Made by a program: the position numbers and the translations under genes
DNA from: Candidatus Omnitrophota bacterium
GTDB lineage: Bacteria; Omnitrophota; Gorgyraeia; JAHIPI01
Direction: 5' to 3'
DNA: 64,000 nt
NCBI GenBank assembly: GCA_016783745.1
Contig: JADHVZ010000004.1
Location: forward strand, 3,544 to 67,543
The notes under the pieces: model-generated
What the model was told of the DNA's origin: nothing
Databases searched by the model: none
What the model saw: the letters and a program-made list of their open reading frames with translations, nothing else
Shown here: in pieces, positions 63,391-64,000 of the stretch
Layout of the letters: each line of letters starts with the position of its first letter
Position numbering within the stretch: the stretch's first letter is position 1

Positions 63391-64000
63391 GACTATCTTA
63401 AATATACTCGCTCATTTAAAGCGGTTTAACTGGCTGAAGGCCCAGTATCTAAAGGCCAAGATATCCTGGGATTTCCCCATAGACCTCCATATAGAGCCCA
63501 CTAATCTCTGTAATCTGGACTGCTCCTTTTGCGCAAGCCCTCAGAATAAAGAGGCAAAAAAGGGCTACATGGATATGGCACTTTACAAAAAGATAATCGA
63601 TGAATGCGCCGCGTCCGGAAAGGTCATGTTGTTATTGCTGCATAAGGACGGGGAGTCGCTTTTACATTCCGGCCTGCCGGAGATGATCCGGTACGCAAAA
63701 GAGAAAAAGGCCGCTAAGATCATCCATCTATCGACGAACGGGCTTGAGCTGGATAAAAATAAAAGCAGGCTTTTGATAGAGTCCGGACTGGACGATATAT
63801 TAATAGCTCTGGATGCCGCCAGGAGATCGACATATCTCCGGATAAAGGGCGTGGACAGGCTGGAGGAAGTCGAGGATAATATTATGCATTTTGTCGAGGC
63901 CAGGAAGGCAATTAACGGAAAGAGGCCGTTTATCCGCGTCAAGATGATCAGGACGGAAAAAAATAGCGCTGAAGTGCCGCTTTTTAAAAGAAAATGGGAA
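63380..64000 (+). CDS. radical SAM enzyme (fifth short SPASM-type paralog by N-terminal similarity), 3'-partial at the window edge; not in the ORF track because no stop occurs before nt 64000
   Basis: My own translation from ATG 63380, which overlaps the upstream stop: 'MADRTILNILAHL...DLHIEPTNLCNLDCSFCASP...LLLLHKDGESLLHSGLPEMIRYAKEK...STNGLEL' gives CxxxCxxC plus 'GESLL'. The minus-strand ORF 63583-63942 is its antisense shadow. Confidence 0.75.
   Translation, partial: MADRTILNILAHLKRFNWLKAQYLKAKISWDFPIDLHIEPTNLCNLDCSFCASPQNKEAKKGYMDMALYKKIIDECAASGKVMLLLLHKDGESLLHSGLPEMIRYAKEKKAAKIIHLSTNGLELDKNKSRLLIESGLDDILIALDAARRSTYLRIKGVDRLEEVEDNIMHFVEARKAINGKRPFIRVKMIRTEKNSAEVPLFKRKWE

Noticed and set aside
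1-64000. Mobile element, prophage or defence-system content
   Set aside because: No integrase, transposase, recombinase, restriction-modification, toxin-antitoxin or phage structural signatures were recognised in any frame. The whole window reads as glycan biosynthesis.

Overview
All recognisable genes in this 64 kb window lie on the + strand and are tightly packed (about 58 genes, many 4-nt ATGA-type overlaps), forming a cell-surface glycan biosynthesis super-locus from an unidentified bacterium (about 50% GC, strong AAGGAGG-type RBSs). The window opens inside a giant repetitive adhesin-like surface protein (He_PIG/Ig-like repeats, LVIVD propeller repeats, C-terminal LamG/concanavalin-like lectin domain). 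The reading frame is open to nt 1, so the gene is 5'-partial. After an AT-rich promoter comes a Wzz-type chain-length regulator, then about 55 kb of sugar-modification genes: four NeuB-family (non)ulosonic acid synthases, NeuC, five CTP_transf_3 (NeuA-like) cytidylyltransferases plus a sixth cytidylyltransferase module fused to a GT2 (degenerate CTP loop), a KdsC-type phosphatase, four SPASM/twitch-type radical SAM enzymes plus a fifth radical SAM that is 3'-partial at the window edge, three B12-binding (class B) radical SAM enzymes, at least six class I SAM methyltransferases, a DegT aminotransferase, several SDR epimerase/dehydratases, an SQD1/SqdB-type UDP-sulfoquinovose synthase, ATP sulfurylase, a pyruvate-kinase paralog, an NPP-type phosphodiesterase, an ATP-grasp-methyltransferase fusion, an AsnB amidotransferase, acetyl- and formyl-transferases, a sugar deacetylase, a PglK/MsbA-like ABC exporter, GT2/GT4/GT-C glycosyltransferases, three KpsC/KpsS/TagF-like GT-B proteins and a Wzy-like polymerase. 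No tRNA/rRNA, CRISPR, transposase or integrase was recognised. Two of the very few intergenic gaps carry unusual heptad-periodic repeat and inverted-repeat structures. One B12-radical-SAM gene has an in-frame TAG at a conserved position, and one sugar O-methyltransferase has an apparent +1 frameshift. All functional calls rest on motif-level recognition by eye on the supplied translations; no database search or computation was run.
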